Positions 36,721 to 51,244 of a stretch of DNA of 64,000 nucleotides are shown here, one piece after another. Below the pieces are notes generated by a model that had not been told where the DNA came from, searched no databases, and was given only the letters and a program-made list of their open reading frames with translations. The translations under genes and the position numbers were made by a program. Source of the stretch: Octopus sinensis (Eukaryota); the NCBI RefSeq assembly GCF_006345805.1, contig NC_043006.1, positions 67,146,001 to 67,210,000 of the forward strand, read 5' to 3'. Position 1 is the stretch's first letter. Each line of letters begins with the position of its first letter.

Positions 36721-37881
36721 GTTATGTGCAATTATATTTTTTAAATTTCTGGTTTAACTAAATCGAATTTTGATGTATTGGAAAGTGTCTATCAACAAGT
36801 GACAAGAAATATTTACCTGTATTAAAGGTCACTTCGAGGGAGTAAGGAGGTGTAAACCAGATCATTTTCCTATGCCTGTTTTCTTTTCTTTATTTCTCGA
36901 CCAAAAACAGATGCATAAGTTATTTCCTCTTTAAATCTACAATATTTAAGAGCTTTGTTATATATTGGGGCAAAATTATTAAATATGTTTATATCGGAGG
37001 AGAGCCTAGAAATTCGCCTACTAATATTCTTAAGTGAATTCTTAAATATTATGGGGGGTGGGGGTGGCAGAAACTTTTTAAAAAAGAATATTTACAAACC
37101 CTATAGGAAGCCCAACGATAGACTTAGTTGTATTCATATAGGTGGCAGGAACCTACAACTGTGCGTGCGTGTGTGTGTTATGTGTGTGTGTGTGCATGCC
37201 TGTGTGTCAGTAAGTGTGTGTATATGCATGCATTGTATATTCATAAATACTAACATAAAATCATTTGTTATTGTCAGGCTTTTGTAATATATACAATGTC
37301 CGCTGCAAAATACACTCTGTTCGAGCGACATTAGTATTTCATTAGTCTTATACGAAGCTGTGGTTGATATTGGAAAACATCGCAAGCTGTTCACCTTTAG
37401 GTATTGTTATCTTTTTCAATGCTTGCCAGCTGGATATGTGTTTTAGGAATTATTGATGACCTCACAACAATTGCCGACCTGTGCGTAGACACAATCATAT
37501 ATACATCCGTGTGTAATGCAGATGGATAGATAAAGAGAAAGAGAGAAAGAGAGAGAGAGATGGATGGATGGATGAATGGATGGCTAGCAGACAGGAAAGA
37601 AGATACATGTTTCGATGCGTGTGCGTAAATATGGAAGCATGTATGCCTATCATATATATATATATTATATATAATTATATATATATATATTATATGGGTG
37701 TGTGTGTGTGTGGTGTGTTGGTGTGTATGTATATATAATATATACACATATATGTCTAGTATATAATATATTATATTATATATATTATATATACGTATGT
37801 ATGTATGTATGTAGATATATATATACATACATACATATGTATAGACATATATATATTTATACATATATAAAATCTTTATAC

Positions 37882-37923
<42 letters not shown>

Positions 37924-37927
<4 letters not shown>

Positions 37928-40900
37928 AGGAAAATTTTTTTAAAAAATGCAGAATGCTGAATGAAAGAAAATTTTAATAAAATGAGAAAATGATAAAAAC
38001 ATATAAATATATATTATTCAACCGGTTTTCGTCATTGTATGACTTGTCAAGAATATTTATGTTTTAAGAAGTTATTTTAAAAATTAGAAAGGGGAAAAAA
38101 GAAAATTGCATTGTTTTTTGTAAAAGAATAATGATAAAAATGTACAAAAAATTAAAAAATAAGTTCTCCGATACATTGTGAGTTCGTTGTGTATCTTGAG
38201 TTTTATGGTTGGTTACTAAAAAAATTACCTTGAGGTGTTAAGATCCAAAGGGATTAAGAGCATATGATGTATGTGTTGTTAAATTCAGCATGTTGCAGGA
38301 CAGGAAGTAGTAGTAATTGTGGTCCTGGTTCTTCAGTTCCTGTGGTGTGGGTAAGGGGAGACAACTCTTTTGAGTTCTTCAATAAAACCCAAATTATAAA
38401 ACTATCATTTTAGCTTCATTGCATTATCTTTTTTATATAATTGCTTGTTAACTTAACTTTCAGATTTTAACACTTTATTATATTATTTTCTAATAATATA
38501 AATCTGCATAGACAATTGCATTTCAAATTGTCATATCATTTATAATTAAAATGATAGTAATAACAAAACAATAGTAAAAATGATATTTAAGAATATAAGT
38601 TTTAGCTTGAAGTGATGAATGCATGGTATCTTTATATATTTGTGTTAGTCCATCCATGAAGAGTGAGGTAGAGAAAGGAAGTTTGATCAACGAGGAGTTT
38701 GCATATTAAGTTGTGTTTGGAATTTTTCAATAAAGAGATTCTCCTTGTTAATTCTCTCCTGTGTGGTGATCCCGTCTTTACATTGGTAGAAGGGGAATAT
38801 ATAGAATTTGGGGTTTAAGTCTTTAGCACATGAGTCTAAGTGGTCACTCAGTGGAATTTGTCGGTATTCCGGGAGATTATTTGTTCTTTATGCACCGTTA
38901 CTCGTTTACGTAACGGGAGACTCGTTTGTCCAACATAATTATGTGGCAACCAGCGCATGTGAGAACGTAGATAAGGTTCTCGGAGGAACAGGAGAAGTTA
39001 GTCTTGATTTTAAACTTCGTACCTTGTTTGAAGGTAAATTCAGAGCCTTCAAGTAGAAAGGGGCAGGTACCACAGTTTGAGCGTGCACATTTTTTTACTG
39101 TTGGGGGTGGATGTGGTGTGTGAAGTTTGGCATTGTCAAGAGTTTTTTAAGATTTGTGTTGCCTTTTGCATTTGAGGATTTTGTGTGTTTATAATGTTTT
39201 TCATTTTTGGGTCTGTTGACAGTAGACTGAGGTTTTGTATGATTGTGGTGTATGCTTCGATATTTTTGGGGTTGTGGGTGGAAATGTATGGAAGTATTTT
39301 GAGGTTTGTGTGGTGTTAGGTTGGGTGGTTTTCAGTGTAGTGTTGTCTAGTTCTTTGGCGCGTTTTATTCCATACTCTATAAGGGTGGAGGGATATTGAC
39401 GTTGTAATAGTGTTTTTTGAGGTCTTGAAGGCGTATTTCTCGTGTTTTGGATCCGAGACAATGGTGCATACCCTTTTAGCTAAATTGAAAGGGATATTTG
39501 TCTGGTGTGTTTTGGGTGGCATGAACTAAAGAGGAGGTATTGTTGTGAGTCTGTAGGTTTGTGGTAGATGTCTTGTTATGATTTGGTTCTTAGGTGTTTT
39601 TATAATTGTTTTATAGATGATTGTTTCATCATATGGAAAGAACCTTATGAAAAACTCCTGGAATTCAAAACCATACTAAACAACATACATCCAAATCCCA
39701 ATTCACTATGGAATTAAGCAAACATCATCTCCCATCCTTGATCTCCTAATTATAAAAAAACACCTAAGAACCAAATCATAACAGACATCTACCACAAACC
39801 TACAGACTCACAACAATACCTCCTCTTAGTTCATGCCACCCAAAACACACCAAGACAAATATCCCTTTCAATTTAGCTAAAAGGGTATGCACCATTGTCT
39901 CGGATCCAAAAACACGAGAAATACGCCTTCAAGACCTCAAAAAAAACACTATTACAACGTCAATATCCTCCACCCTTATAGAGTATGGAATAAAACGCGC
40001 CAAAGAAATAGACAACACTACACTGAAAACACCCAACCTAACACCACACACAACCTCAAAATACTTCCACAAACATTTCCACCCACAACCCCAAAAATAT
40101 CGAAGCATACACCACAATCATACAAAACCTCAGTCTACTGTCAACAGACCCAAAAATGAAAAACATTATAAATACAACAAATCCTCAAATGCAAAAGGCA
40201 ACACTAATCTTTAAAAAAAACTCTTGACAAATGCCAAACTTCACACACCACATCCACCCCAACAGTAAAAAAATGTGCACGCTAAAACTGTGGTACCTGC
40301 CCTTTCTACTGAAGGCTCTGAATTTACCTTCAAACAAGGTACGACGTTTAAAATCAAGACTAACTTCTCCTGTTCCTCCGAGAACCTTATCTACGTTCTC
40401 ACATGCGCTGGTTGCCAACATAATTATGTTGGACAAACGAGTCTCCCGTTACGTAAACGAGTAACGGTGCATAAAGAACAAATAAATCTCCCGGAATACC
40501 GACAAATTCCACTGAGTGACCACTTAGACTCATGTGCTAAAGGCTTAAACCCCAAATTCTATATATTCCCCTTCTACCAATGTAAAGACGGGATCACCAA
40601 ACAGGAGAGAATTACAAGGAGAATCTCTTTATTGAAAAATTCCAAACACAACTTAATATGCAAACTCCTCGTTGATCAACTTCCTTTCATCTACCTCACT
40701 CTTCATGGATGGACTAAACACAAATATATAAAGATACATGCATTCATCACTTCAAGCTAAAACTTATATTCTTTAAATATCATTTTACTATTGTTGTTAT
40801 TACTATCATTTAATTTAAATGATATGACAATTTGAAATGCAATTGTCTATGCAGATTTATATATTAGAAAAATAATATAAATAAAGTGTTAAAATCTGAA

Positions 40901-41475
40901 AGTTTAGTTAACAAGCAATTATATAAAAAAGATAATGCAAATGAAGCTAAAATGATAGTTTTATAATTTGGGTTTTATGAAGAACTCAAAGAGGTTGTCT
41001 CCCCTTACCCACAACACAGGAAACTGAAGAACCAGGACCACAATTACTACTACTTCCGTCCTGCAACATGCTGAATTTAACAACACAACACATCATATGC
41101 TCTTAATCCCTTTGGATCTTAACACCTCAAGGTAATTTTTTAGTAAACAACCATAAAAACTCAAGATACACAACGAACTCACAATGTATCGGAGAACTTA
41201 TTTTTTAATTTTTGTACATTTTTATCATTATTCTTTACAAAAAACAATGCAATTTTCTTTTTTCCCCTTTCTAATTTTTAAAATAACTTCTTAAAACATA
41301 AATATTCTTGACAAGTCATACAATGACGAAAACCGGTTGAATAAATATATATTTATATGTTTTTTCATTTTCTCATTTTATTAAAATTTTCTTTCATTTC
41401 AGCATTCTGCATTTTTAAAAAGATTTTTCCTTACTTATCATTTCTCCACGTGCGGTCAACACAACCCCACCATAT
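37924..41475. mobile_element. Neptune-type PLE insertion with ~1.69-kb inverted arms (37924-39607 minus copy, 39748-41435 plus copy, 140-bp spacer)
   Basis: Arms are near reverse complements; the plus copy encodes IDDCFIIW, DIYHKPTD..YL...SCHPKHT, KNCGTCPF and NLIYVLTCAGCQHNYVGQT...H...DHL. Confidence 0.9.
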
Positions 41476-41486
41476 GATCCTATCTA

Positions 41487-41536
<50 letters not shown>

Positions 41537-41539
41537 TAT

Positions 41540-41890
41540 CCGATCGTAACACTCCGTCGGTTACAACGACGAGGGTTCCAGTTGATCCAATCAGTGGAAG
41601 AGCCTGCTCGTGAAATTAACATGGTGAGCACTCCACAGACACGTGTACCCTTAACGTAGTTCTCGGGGAGATTGAGCGTGACAAAGAGTGCGACAAGGCT
41701 GGCCCTCTGAAATACACGTACAACAGAAACAGGAAGAAAGAGTGAGAGGAAATTGTGGTGAAAGAGTACAGAAAAGTTTGCCATCCCACCCCCTGCCGGA
41801 GTATCGTGGAGTTTCAGGTATTTTCGCTTAATAAACACCCACAACGCCCGGACTGGGAATCGAAACCGCGTGTCCTCTGCCCTAAGCAAT
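41540..41890 (-). mobile_element. Second tRNA-derived SINE family (~350 bp)
   Basis: cgcccggactgggaatcgaaaccgc is the reverse complement of a B-box-like ggtttcgattccc; non-coding body. Confidence 0.65.
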
Positions 41891-42143
41891 GGCTATTGCA
41901 CCTCCACACATATACATATATATCCTTTTACATGTTTCAGATATGTGGCTGTTACCATCCTGGAGCACCGACTTAAACGGTTTTAGTCGAAGAAATCAAC
42001 ACCAGGACTTGTTCTTTGTAAGCCATGTACTAATTCTATCGGTCTCTTTTGCTTAGCCGCTACGTTGCGGAGACGGAAACACGCTAACATCCATTGTCAA
42101 GCAATGGTGGAGGACAAACGTAGACATACGCACATAAATATAT

Positions 42144-42177
<34 letters not shown>

Positions 42178-42467
42178 GTGTGTGTGCGTGTATGTACATT
42201 TAAACACATAAGAAGCATCCCCCATAAGACAACCTGCACGCTAGAGAGAACAGCTAAATTCCAAAACACTTTACACTGTATTTATATGAATAATATATAA
42301 TCTATTGACTAAATTTTTACACGCTAGGCCACGGGTAATGGAAATTTCTAATATTTCAGAATGCTCTTTGATATTATCTATATATATATATGGTGGCTGT
42401 CTATACATATACATGCACATACACATATGCATCTATACATACATACATACATACATACATACATACA

Positions 42468-42503
<36 letters not shown>

Positions 42504-43468
42504 TATATAATGTGCTGTTCCGTGATGATAAGATTACCAAAAACTACTCCAATTAGTGGGAGATAAATATTATCCAATGGTCACAATACATGTATTTATG
42601 CGCTACTAACAGTTTCCTATGTTGAGAAATACCTCAAACATATTCATCAGGCAAAAAACCACATATAACGAACTAAAAATTGAATGAGAGAAGAAAAGTG
42701 AAAAGTTGAGAATGGAGCATTTGGAGAAGCTGGGAGGTTCAAAAACAAAACGAAAAATGAAAAAGTACGATGTACATACACAGACACACACACACCACAA
42801 ACACACAGAGGCACACACACACATGTACATGCACACACACATACACACATACACACATGCACACTCACACACACGCACACACATATGTATAAATCCAGAA
42901 AATGGAACAAGAAAGCAACAGGCGAGAATAAAATATCCGGATAGATAGACGATACAAAGACGGACTGGAAAAGAACAACAAAAGACGGACAGAAATAAAA
43001 CAAGGACGTTCAGTCGCAGCCTTTCCTCCTCAGTTAAGTATCCAGATCATCCTCACAGATTTGGCTGGTTACACATCAGGTTGTACAAATCTGGCTGGAC
43101 CCAAAAATCTAAGGTAAGAACATTAAATATCTCGGGAGAAAGCCAGCAAATGTAAACAACAACAAAAAAACGAAAATAACAGGAAAATAATATCAGGTGT
43201 CTTTCGACCAATAAAGACGAATCAAGATGAGCTTACGTGGGTAGAGTGAAAGCAGGAACATAGGAGATGAACATAAGAGATGAAAGTCATGAGAGAGGAA
43301 TATAAGAGATGCTTAGTGGCCAGCAGTCGAACCAAGAAAGAAAGCTAATGCTTGGCCGAACACCGATATATATTTATACACATGCATAGAATCGTATATC
43401 TTCCTGCCTGTTATCTAACTATCTATCTATTTATCTGTATTATATATATCCATATCTATATCTATATC

Positions 43469-43489
<21 letters not shown>

Positions 43490-43499
<10 letters not shown>

Positions 43500-43870
43500 C
43501 CAACTCGCATAAATAAAGAACTCATAATAGAAGGACTAAGATCTATTTTAGAAAACAATTACTTTATTTTTGATAATGATTATTATAGACAAAGATCGGG
43601 AACAGCGATGGGTACGCGTACTGAGCCTTCTTTTGCCAACCTAGTAATTGGATACCCCGAAATAATACTCTACCAGAAAACACTCGAAAATATGAAAACA
43701 ATTTCTCCGCCTATATCCAGAACAACTGGAAAATATATCTCGACGACTGCTTCATCCTCTGGCATGAAAGTATAGAAAAACCTGAGAAATTTAAAATACT
43801 ACTAAATGGAATTAATGAAAATATTCAATTCAAGATAGATCATAACGAAGAAAAAAACTGCCATTTCTAA
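43490..43870 (+). pseudogene. PLE reverse transcriptase fragment
   Basis: LENNYFIFDNDYYRQRSGTAMGTR..PSFANL; after a frameshift, YLDDCFILW. Confidence 0.8.
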
Positions 43871-43944
43871 GAAAGTCGGCAACATGTAAAATTTCTAAGA
43901 AAATTTAAATTTATCTTATATAGTCGTGTTTCAAACTTCTTTTT

Positions 43945-44007
<63 letters not shown>

Positions 44008-45997
44008 TTATCTTCTTAATGCTTGCCAGGTGGATTCGAGGATATTTATACATATGTGTGTGTACGTTTACATGTCTCTAAATATATTCTACGTGTATAC
44101 GATACGTACACACACCGCACACACATATATATATCCCATGGTACATATACACGCACACATACATAGACCGAGACACAAATACATGCTTGTGTGTACGTAG
44201 GTATGTATATACATATATTTCAGTATATTGTTGTAATATGTATTACACAGTAAAAATTACTAACTATGTTAAGAAAAACAAATACGTGTTACTGTAAAAC
44301 AGATTAATGAATAGTTGGAAATAATAAACGAAGAGCAATAATTTGTAAAACTGGTCATGCGGATATTATGGTGAAGAAAGATCCAGCTCGATGAGTAGAA
44401 CAGGGAAAACAAAATAATGAATTCTAGATACATGCATGAAATAAAATCATTTAGTAAATGTAAAAGCATGTGAAGTTTTCTAATTTCAGCCACTGTTTCG
44501 TACAAGTCTAATGAAATATTATTGCCACATAGATAGCATGTATGTTCCCCTAGACATTGCGTATACATGAAACATCCTGACAATGGTTAATAATTATATG
44601 GGTGTATATATGAATATACAAAATCATGTGAATTCGTATATGGCGGAAAATATAATGGAGAGAATCAAAAGATAAACCACCACACTTTAATCTTCACTTA
44701 TCTCGACCAAACTCATTCTCATATATTTTATCAGCTACTGGATAATGCAAATATGCAATGATTCTGCTGCGAGGTATGATTTAGTTTTGCACAAAATTAC
44801 GTATGAACACGATATGGGGCGTATGGAATCGATTCTAGGTTTCTGTGAGATTGTATTAAGAGAATTCATGAAAGGTGAACGAAAAATCGGTTATGCATTA
44901 CTTTACCCCATGCATGAAACTTCTCAACTGCCTGAGCTGTTGGAAAGTATTGCAAGCTCTTCTTCTGAATCCTTCATAACGTTTGAACTTCTTCCCTGTC
45001 ATCAGCAGGTTTCTCAGGTTTCACAAACATTTCGCCCCTTAACCTGTATATTTCGTCTGAGTGGGGCAGAGCAAACTGAATTAGTCTTCGCCAGTGGAAG
45101 GGTTCGAACTGCAGTTTTTTTGTCAACCATAGTCACCTTCAGCTGGTTTCAACTGCTATGCTTACCTCTTTAGTGGGTTTCTTCGAGTTTTCAAGGCACC
45201 AGGTCAAAATTCTGCAACAGACTGCGCACCAGTCTAGCTGGAAAGCTGCAGCACTCCCCTTCCATAGAGAACGGGGTCGCTTGTTTCATCAGGCAAGTCC
45301 TTATACATGGTATGCTTTTGCTAGTGACAAATACTGAGTCTTTCCCAGATCACTGTAATTTCAACAACAATGAATTGTTTAGCGCTACTGGGGTGCAGGA
45401 TAAAATATTATCACCAAATGTGTCGTATGGAATCTGCTAATTTCATGTTTAAGACCATTGACAAAATTTATAGGATAATATATATTTCAACGTAACAAAT
45501 TATGAGAGAGAATTATGGAGGAGGTTAAACATTAAAGTCAGCTTTTTAAAACATTACCAAATTTAACGATACAAAACATTTTCACGGATGTACCAGCCAT
45601 TAATAATATCTTTCAATCCAGAAAGGCAACCGAAAGATTTAGTAGCAAAAAGACATTTAAAAGAGAAGTTGATTTATTTAGTTTATCAATTTTATTACAC
45701 TTTGTGAATGGAGTATTGAGATATTTTTCTTTTAAATCTACGATGGCTTCCGTGTTTCATTAATGCGTTTAATTTAAGTAATTAAATGAAGCTCACACTT
45801 ATCCTCTTACGTGTGTTTATGTCTCTGTGTGTCTGTGTAATTGTGTATGACAGGGTGTGTTATTATGCATTTATGCAAGTGTGTGTTCGTGTGTGTGTAT
45901 GTATGTGTATGAGTATGTGTAAGTCAGTATCTGTGCATAATAAGTCTTGTCAACAGTTATGATCTCCCAACAGTGAATCATTAAGTAAAACGTTATT

Positions 45998-46029
<32 letters not shown>

Positions 46030-46076
46030 CGTACCCATTTATATATATATATATATTTATATATATATGTGTGTGT

Positions 46077-46124
<48 letters not shown>

Positions 46125-46308
46125 ATGTATGCATATATATATGAATATATCTATCTATCTAACTATGTAGATTAGTTCAGCAAAAATTTAGATTCATATG
46201 AATATGGTACTTAAGTTGAAGCACCAGCATTTAGTACAGTATTATCCATACAATTTCAAAATAAGGTGATTAAAATCAAAATAAGCAACAAGGATATCGA
46301 GAGTTATT

Positions 46309-46392
46309 GCAGTAAGATCGTTTCATGCAACTCCATTTAATTGAACAATGAAATCATGCATCAATTTAAAATGTAGAGCAATCTTCAGCTGC
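46309..46392 (-). ncRNA. Type I hammerhead-like motif with long stem II, slightly degenerate
   Basis: gcag-CTGAAGA-ttgc...gcat-GAAAC-gatc-TTA-ctgc; 4-bp stem I; mismatches at the base of stem II and at 15.2-16.2. Confidence 0.6.
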
Positions 46393-46518
46393 ACATAGAC
46401 ATATAATTTAATTAAATTAGAACAGATGGACACATTAGTATAATTATACCTAAAATCTCCAAGAAGTTAAGGAGATAGACAAAGAATATGTTATACCTAC
46501 AACAGTATGTATGTGTGT

Positions 46519-46562
<44 letters not shown>

Positions 46563-46872
46563 TATATATTTATATATATTATATGTATGTATATAACTGA
46601 AAAGCAAAAGTACAGTCGTCACTTAAGCGATCAAGAGTGCTAAGCAGCACCAGCATTGCTAGAAATCAGAGTCAAAACAACTCTTAGCCGCATGAGAGCA
46701 CTTTTCTAACGACTGACAAGGAAAAGAAGAAATAGAGTCATATTATCGATGATTTCAGATTTGATTAATCGTCATCAGTCACTCATTGCTCCGTATGTAT
46801 GTATATATATGCATATATATATATAATATATATACATATACATACACACACACACACACACGTACACACACA

Positions 46873-46923
<51 letters not shown>

Positions 46924-47030
46924 CATTCATACATATATATATGTGTATATAAAAATTAGAGAAAAACCACTATTATGTAATTCAAACAATTAAAATCATA
47001 TATTAATTTGTAAGTTTGGAGTTATACTCC

Positions 47031-47107
<77 letters not shown>

Positions 47108-47149
47108 TATTGTCGTTGTTGATGTTGTGTTATTATTATTATTTAAAAC

Positions 47150-47302
47150 ATAATGCTCCCCCACTACTTCTGCTCGTGATCTGAGATGCACATATCGTCA
47201 GCCACGAAGGGACATGCTCAACTGGTTAAAGTCAAACAACTGACAAGCAATTCTGTGGTATTGAGCAGAATATTTGCTGTAGTCCATCTTTTATACCAAG
47301 AC
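47150..47302 (-). mobile_element. Internal fragment of the ~560-bp (AAT)n element
   Basis: atgctcccccactacttctgctcgtgatc...ttttataccaagac between (ATT)n tracts. Confidence 0.8.
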
Positions 47303-47338
<36 letters not shown>

Positions 47339-47348
47339 CATTATTACT

Positions 47349-47427
<79 letters not shown>

Positions 47428-47650
47428 GCAAATAAATATAGGGGAATATGTAATGTAGATGGGGCTGTATAGGTGCAACCATGCTTTACCGCTTTACAAC
47501 CATATTTGCTTTAAGTTCAATTCCACTGTGCGACAATTTGGGCATGTGTCTTCTACTATAACCCTGGACAGATTGAATGACTTTTGAATGATTTTGGTAG
47601 CCAGAAACTGAAAGAAGCGTACATGTGTGTGTGCGTTTGTGCGTGCGTGC

Positions 47651-47694
<44 letters not shown>

Positions 47695-48539
47695 ATCCAC
47701 CACTGCTTTACAAGTGCTAGGTTTGAAACAAAATATAAATAGTCGATATTTTAGGCTAAACTCTTCAAAACAGTGTCCCAGCATAGCCGAAGTCTAATCA
47801 CTCAACGCACCACAGCGGTGGAGTTGACTTAGAAATTCCGAGCGACAATGTAAACTTCATTTCATTGAGGTAAATCAGCCTGATGATTAGCTAATTTAAA
47901 CATTGCTTATTGCATAATTAATACGTAAAGTGTTGAGCTAGCTTGCATGTTACCTGTTCCACGCTCTAAACTTGGATTTTTATTATCATGTATAGTGGCT
48001 CCAGTAGCCAGATGTCACCTATATATAAACTATGAGCTTATCGAATTTCCTCGCAACTTCGATGAGGAAAAGTGTATAACTATCGATTACAATAAACTGT
48101 TATTCTTTCTAATAGTACACTGTTCGCATTTTATTATACCTGTCACTCATTTCCTGCCCTCATTTCCCTGGTTCACAATTTTATATACTTATAAGTATAT
48201 ATGACATTATTTAGTTTTATTTCAAGATTTATTGACAGTAGAGAAAGATAACCTAGATCCAAAACTCTTTCGTTGGAATTTCAATTTCAACAGGGTATAT
48301 TTGTATGTATGTATGTATGTATGTATGCATGCATGTATGTATATGTATGTGTAAATTTTCATGTTTTGTTTTATGTATGTATTCTCATGCGTATACTTCA
48401 TTCTAAACATGTCCATATATACATAAATGATAAACTTCTGGAAGGTCTTACAGATTTTTACAGTTCCAGTGATGGTTGTATGTATGTATGTATATATGTA
48501 TGTATGTATTATGTATGTATAAACGCAATCGGTGCAAAC

Positions 48540-48845
48540 CTAAAAAGAGATTTAAGGATGGCAAAAGGACTACTATGAAGTCACTTGGAATTGATTCAAA
48601 TGCCATAGAAACCCTTGCTTTGGGTCCAGTTGGATGGCGAACGAAAATGTGAAGTGGAGTGAAAGTATTTGAGGAGGCCACGATGACACAAGCAAGACAC
48701 AAAGAAGATTTAAAGAAGAATGTTGCGATCGAGAAGGTGAATCTCAGTGAACATTTTGTGTGCACAGTCTGTGACAGATCATGCCATTCTTTTGCTGGGC
48801 TCAAATCTCATTTGAGGACCCATCAAAAACGAAACTTCACCAAAT
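48540..48845 (+). mobile_element. RTE-clade LINE 3' fragment (second short piece at 52140-52215)
   Basis: FVCTVCDRSCHSFAGLKSHLRTH C2H2 finger preceded by WR...GVKVFEE, typical of the RTE ORF2 end. Confidence 0.65.
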
Positions 48846-48854
48846 CCCCTATAT

Positions 48855-48898
48855 ACACCTGGTGAAGGTTGGAGGGTATATCAGCCGAATCTTTTTGT
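48855..48898 (+). ncRNA. Degenerate minimal hammerhead in a PLE-like terminal repeat
   Basis: acac-CTGGTGA-A-ggttg(gagggtatat)cagcc-GAATC-ttt-ttgt; stem II intact, core mutated. Confidence 0.45.
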
Positions 48899-49249
48899 TA
48901 ACAACAAACAAGATGAGGACAAAATCCGTCAAAATGTAAATAATAAAAATAACGTACATAATTCCTCATCTCTTAAATATAGAACTGTATATATCTAGTC
49001 ATACAATAATATTTTGGACGTATATGGATGTAATTTTCCTACTCTTATTTTGTAATATAATATATATTCGGTTTTATTAAATGGATACATAACTTAAATG
49101 TCTTAGACATTTCCCTACCAAGTGCACTTATCAGAAATTCAGTATATCGTATTCTCATTGAATATATTTGATTAACGATACGACTGAGTGTCAAAGGGAA
49201 AAAGCTTCTGGGCGTATGTGTACATGTTTACCTATATTCTTATATTCTT

Positions 49250-49435
49250 TTACTTGTTTCGGGTTTTTAATCGAAGAAATCTATCCCAGGACGTATTCTT
49301 TGTAAGCCTAGTTCTCATTCGGTCACTTTTGCTGAACGGCTAAGTTACGGGGAGGTAAGCAGACCAGCATCGGTTGTCAGGCAAAGGAGGGGTAACAAAC
49401 ACAGACTCATACACACATGGATATATGAAAATGCA

Positions 49436-49470
<35 letters not shown>

Positions 49471-49630
49471 CGACGGGGTTTTTTCAGTTTACGTCTACCA
49501 AATACACTCACAAGGCTTTTGTCGGCCCGAGGCTATATTAGAAGACATTTACCCAAGGTGTCACGTAGTGGGAGTAAACCCGGAACGATGTGGTCACGAA
49601 GCAACATATTTACCACACGGCCATGCCTGC
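49250..49630 (-). mobile_element. Full-length SINE of the 3878 family
   Basis: ttttacttgtttc...cagcatcggttgtc...(TA)n...ttcagtttacgtctacc...taccacacggcca. Confidence 0.8.
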
Positions 49631-50198
49631 GCCTATTTATAATTAACACATAAAAATATACTGAAATGCATAAATAATTAAACAGAAATCTATATATAAT
49701 CTATCTGCAGAATAAATTGTGCAAACAACTAGATCAAACTTTTGATTACAAAAATAAATTAAAGAAAAACAAAAAACTAACAGAAACAAAAAAAAATAAA
49801 AGAAAAACACAAACGATAAATAGCATTTGAATTGTTCTATATTTATGTTTATTTGTTCGATTTCATAAAATTCCTCTTTTCAATGATAACATAAATATTC
49901 ACTCACCGGAAATGAAATGAAAATATAGTATATTAGTATTAGATCAAATTCGTTGCATTTTTATTTATTTTTTTGCTATTTTCAATTTTCTCGCCACAGA
50001 TTTTAATTCCTGCTTAGATGTGTAATAGTCCGTGCATTAAAACATAAAAATATTAAAAAATGTTAACACTAAATTACCCGTTGTTTTTCAGATTGATACA
50101 TTGTTAGAATATATATATATATATATATAAGTTTCTAAATTATGATTTCAAACGTCTACGATGACAATAATATGAGAGGGAATATGTTTGTGCGTGTA

Positions 50199-50274
<76 letters not shown>

Positions 50275-50374
50275 CGTATACAAATAGGTCGATAAATGGA
50301 TAGATAGATACCTTCATACATACATAGATAAATGTATATATCTACTTATGAACGTAAGAACATATGTGTGTGTG

Positions 50375-50426
<52 letters not shown>

Positions 50427-50456
50427 ATATATATATATATAATATATATATATATA

Positions 50457-50500
<44 letters not shown>

Positions 50501-51244
50501 TTATATATATATGTGTGTATGTGTGTACATTCATATATATATATACACATATATACAAACATGGATATACATATATATTCATATATATATTTATGTATGT
50601 GTATGTATGTATGCATTTGTATGCATTTTATATATATGTGTGTGTATATATATATATATAAATATGTGTATATATATATATATACGTATATAGATACATA
50701 TTTTGGATAAATACATACATGCACATATATATGGATACAGATATATGTGCGTGTGTTCATTATATAAATGCATTGGTTTCTGCAATATCTAACGCATGGA
50801 CAGTAACATCAGTTTTATGCAATATTGATATTTAACACTTATGTGAATTTTTACACAACTAGATTCTGTGTCATACTTCGAATTGCAAGCATAAAAGGAC
50901 GGGGTAGTTACCTTTCATACAGCAGCCCAGTCTTACATCCATTTCATAAACTTTCGATTATATTATAATCTCTATCACAATTCATCACCGAACTTTCTTC
51001 TAAGCTTCACAAAGGTGACTAGATATTGCTCTGATTATTTTGACTTCTGGCTTCTCGACTGATGGATCGTTCATAACAATGAAATCAGATTCGATGGGGG
51101 GAGGCATCATATTTTCACATCTAGATGCATCTGTTTTTCTTTCACCGTATTTCATAATAATGTTATGCTGATGCATTCAACATACCCGTATATATATTAT
51201 AAAGATAATAATGGTTTCAAATTTTTCCACAAGGGCAGCTATTT

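Noticed and set aside
41024-41072. CUGAAGA with a caggac/gtcctg stem in the Neptune 3' region (mirrored at ~38290-38340)
   Set aside because: Followed by GCAAC rather than GAAAC and stem I is unconvincing; at best a dead relic.
10905-43050. cttgactga(t/a/g)ga-like motifs at ~10910, ~16857, ~23030 and ~43030(-)
   Set aside because: They may be decayed hammerheads of one repeat family, but none has both stems plus GAAAC.
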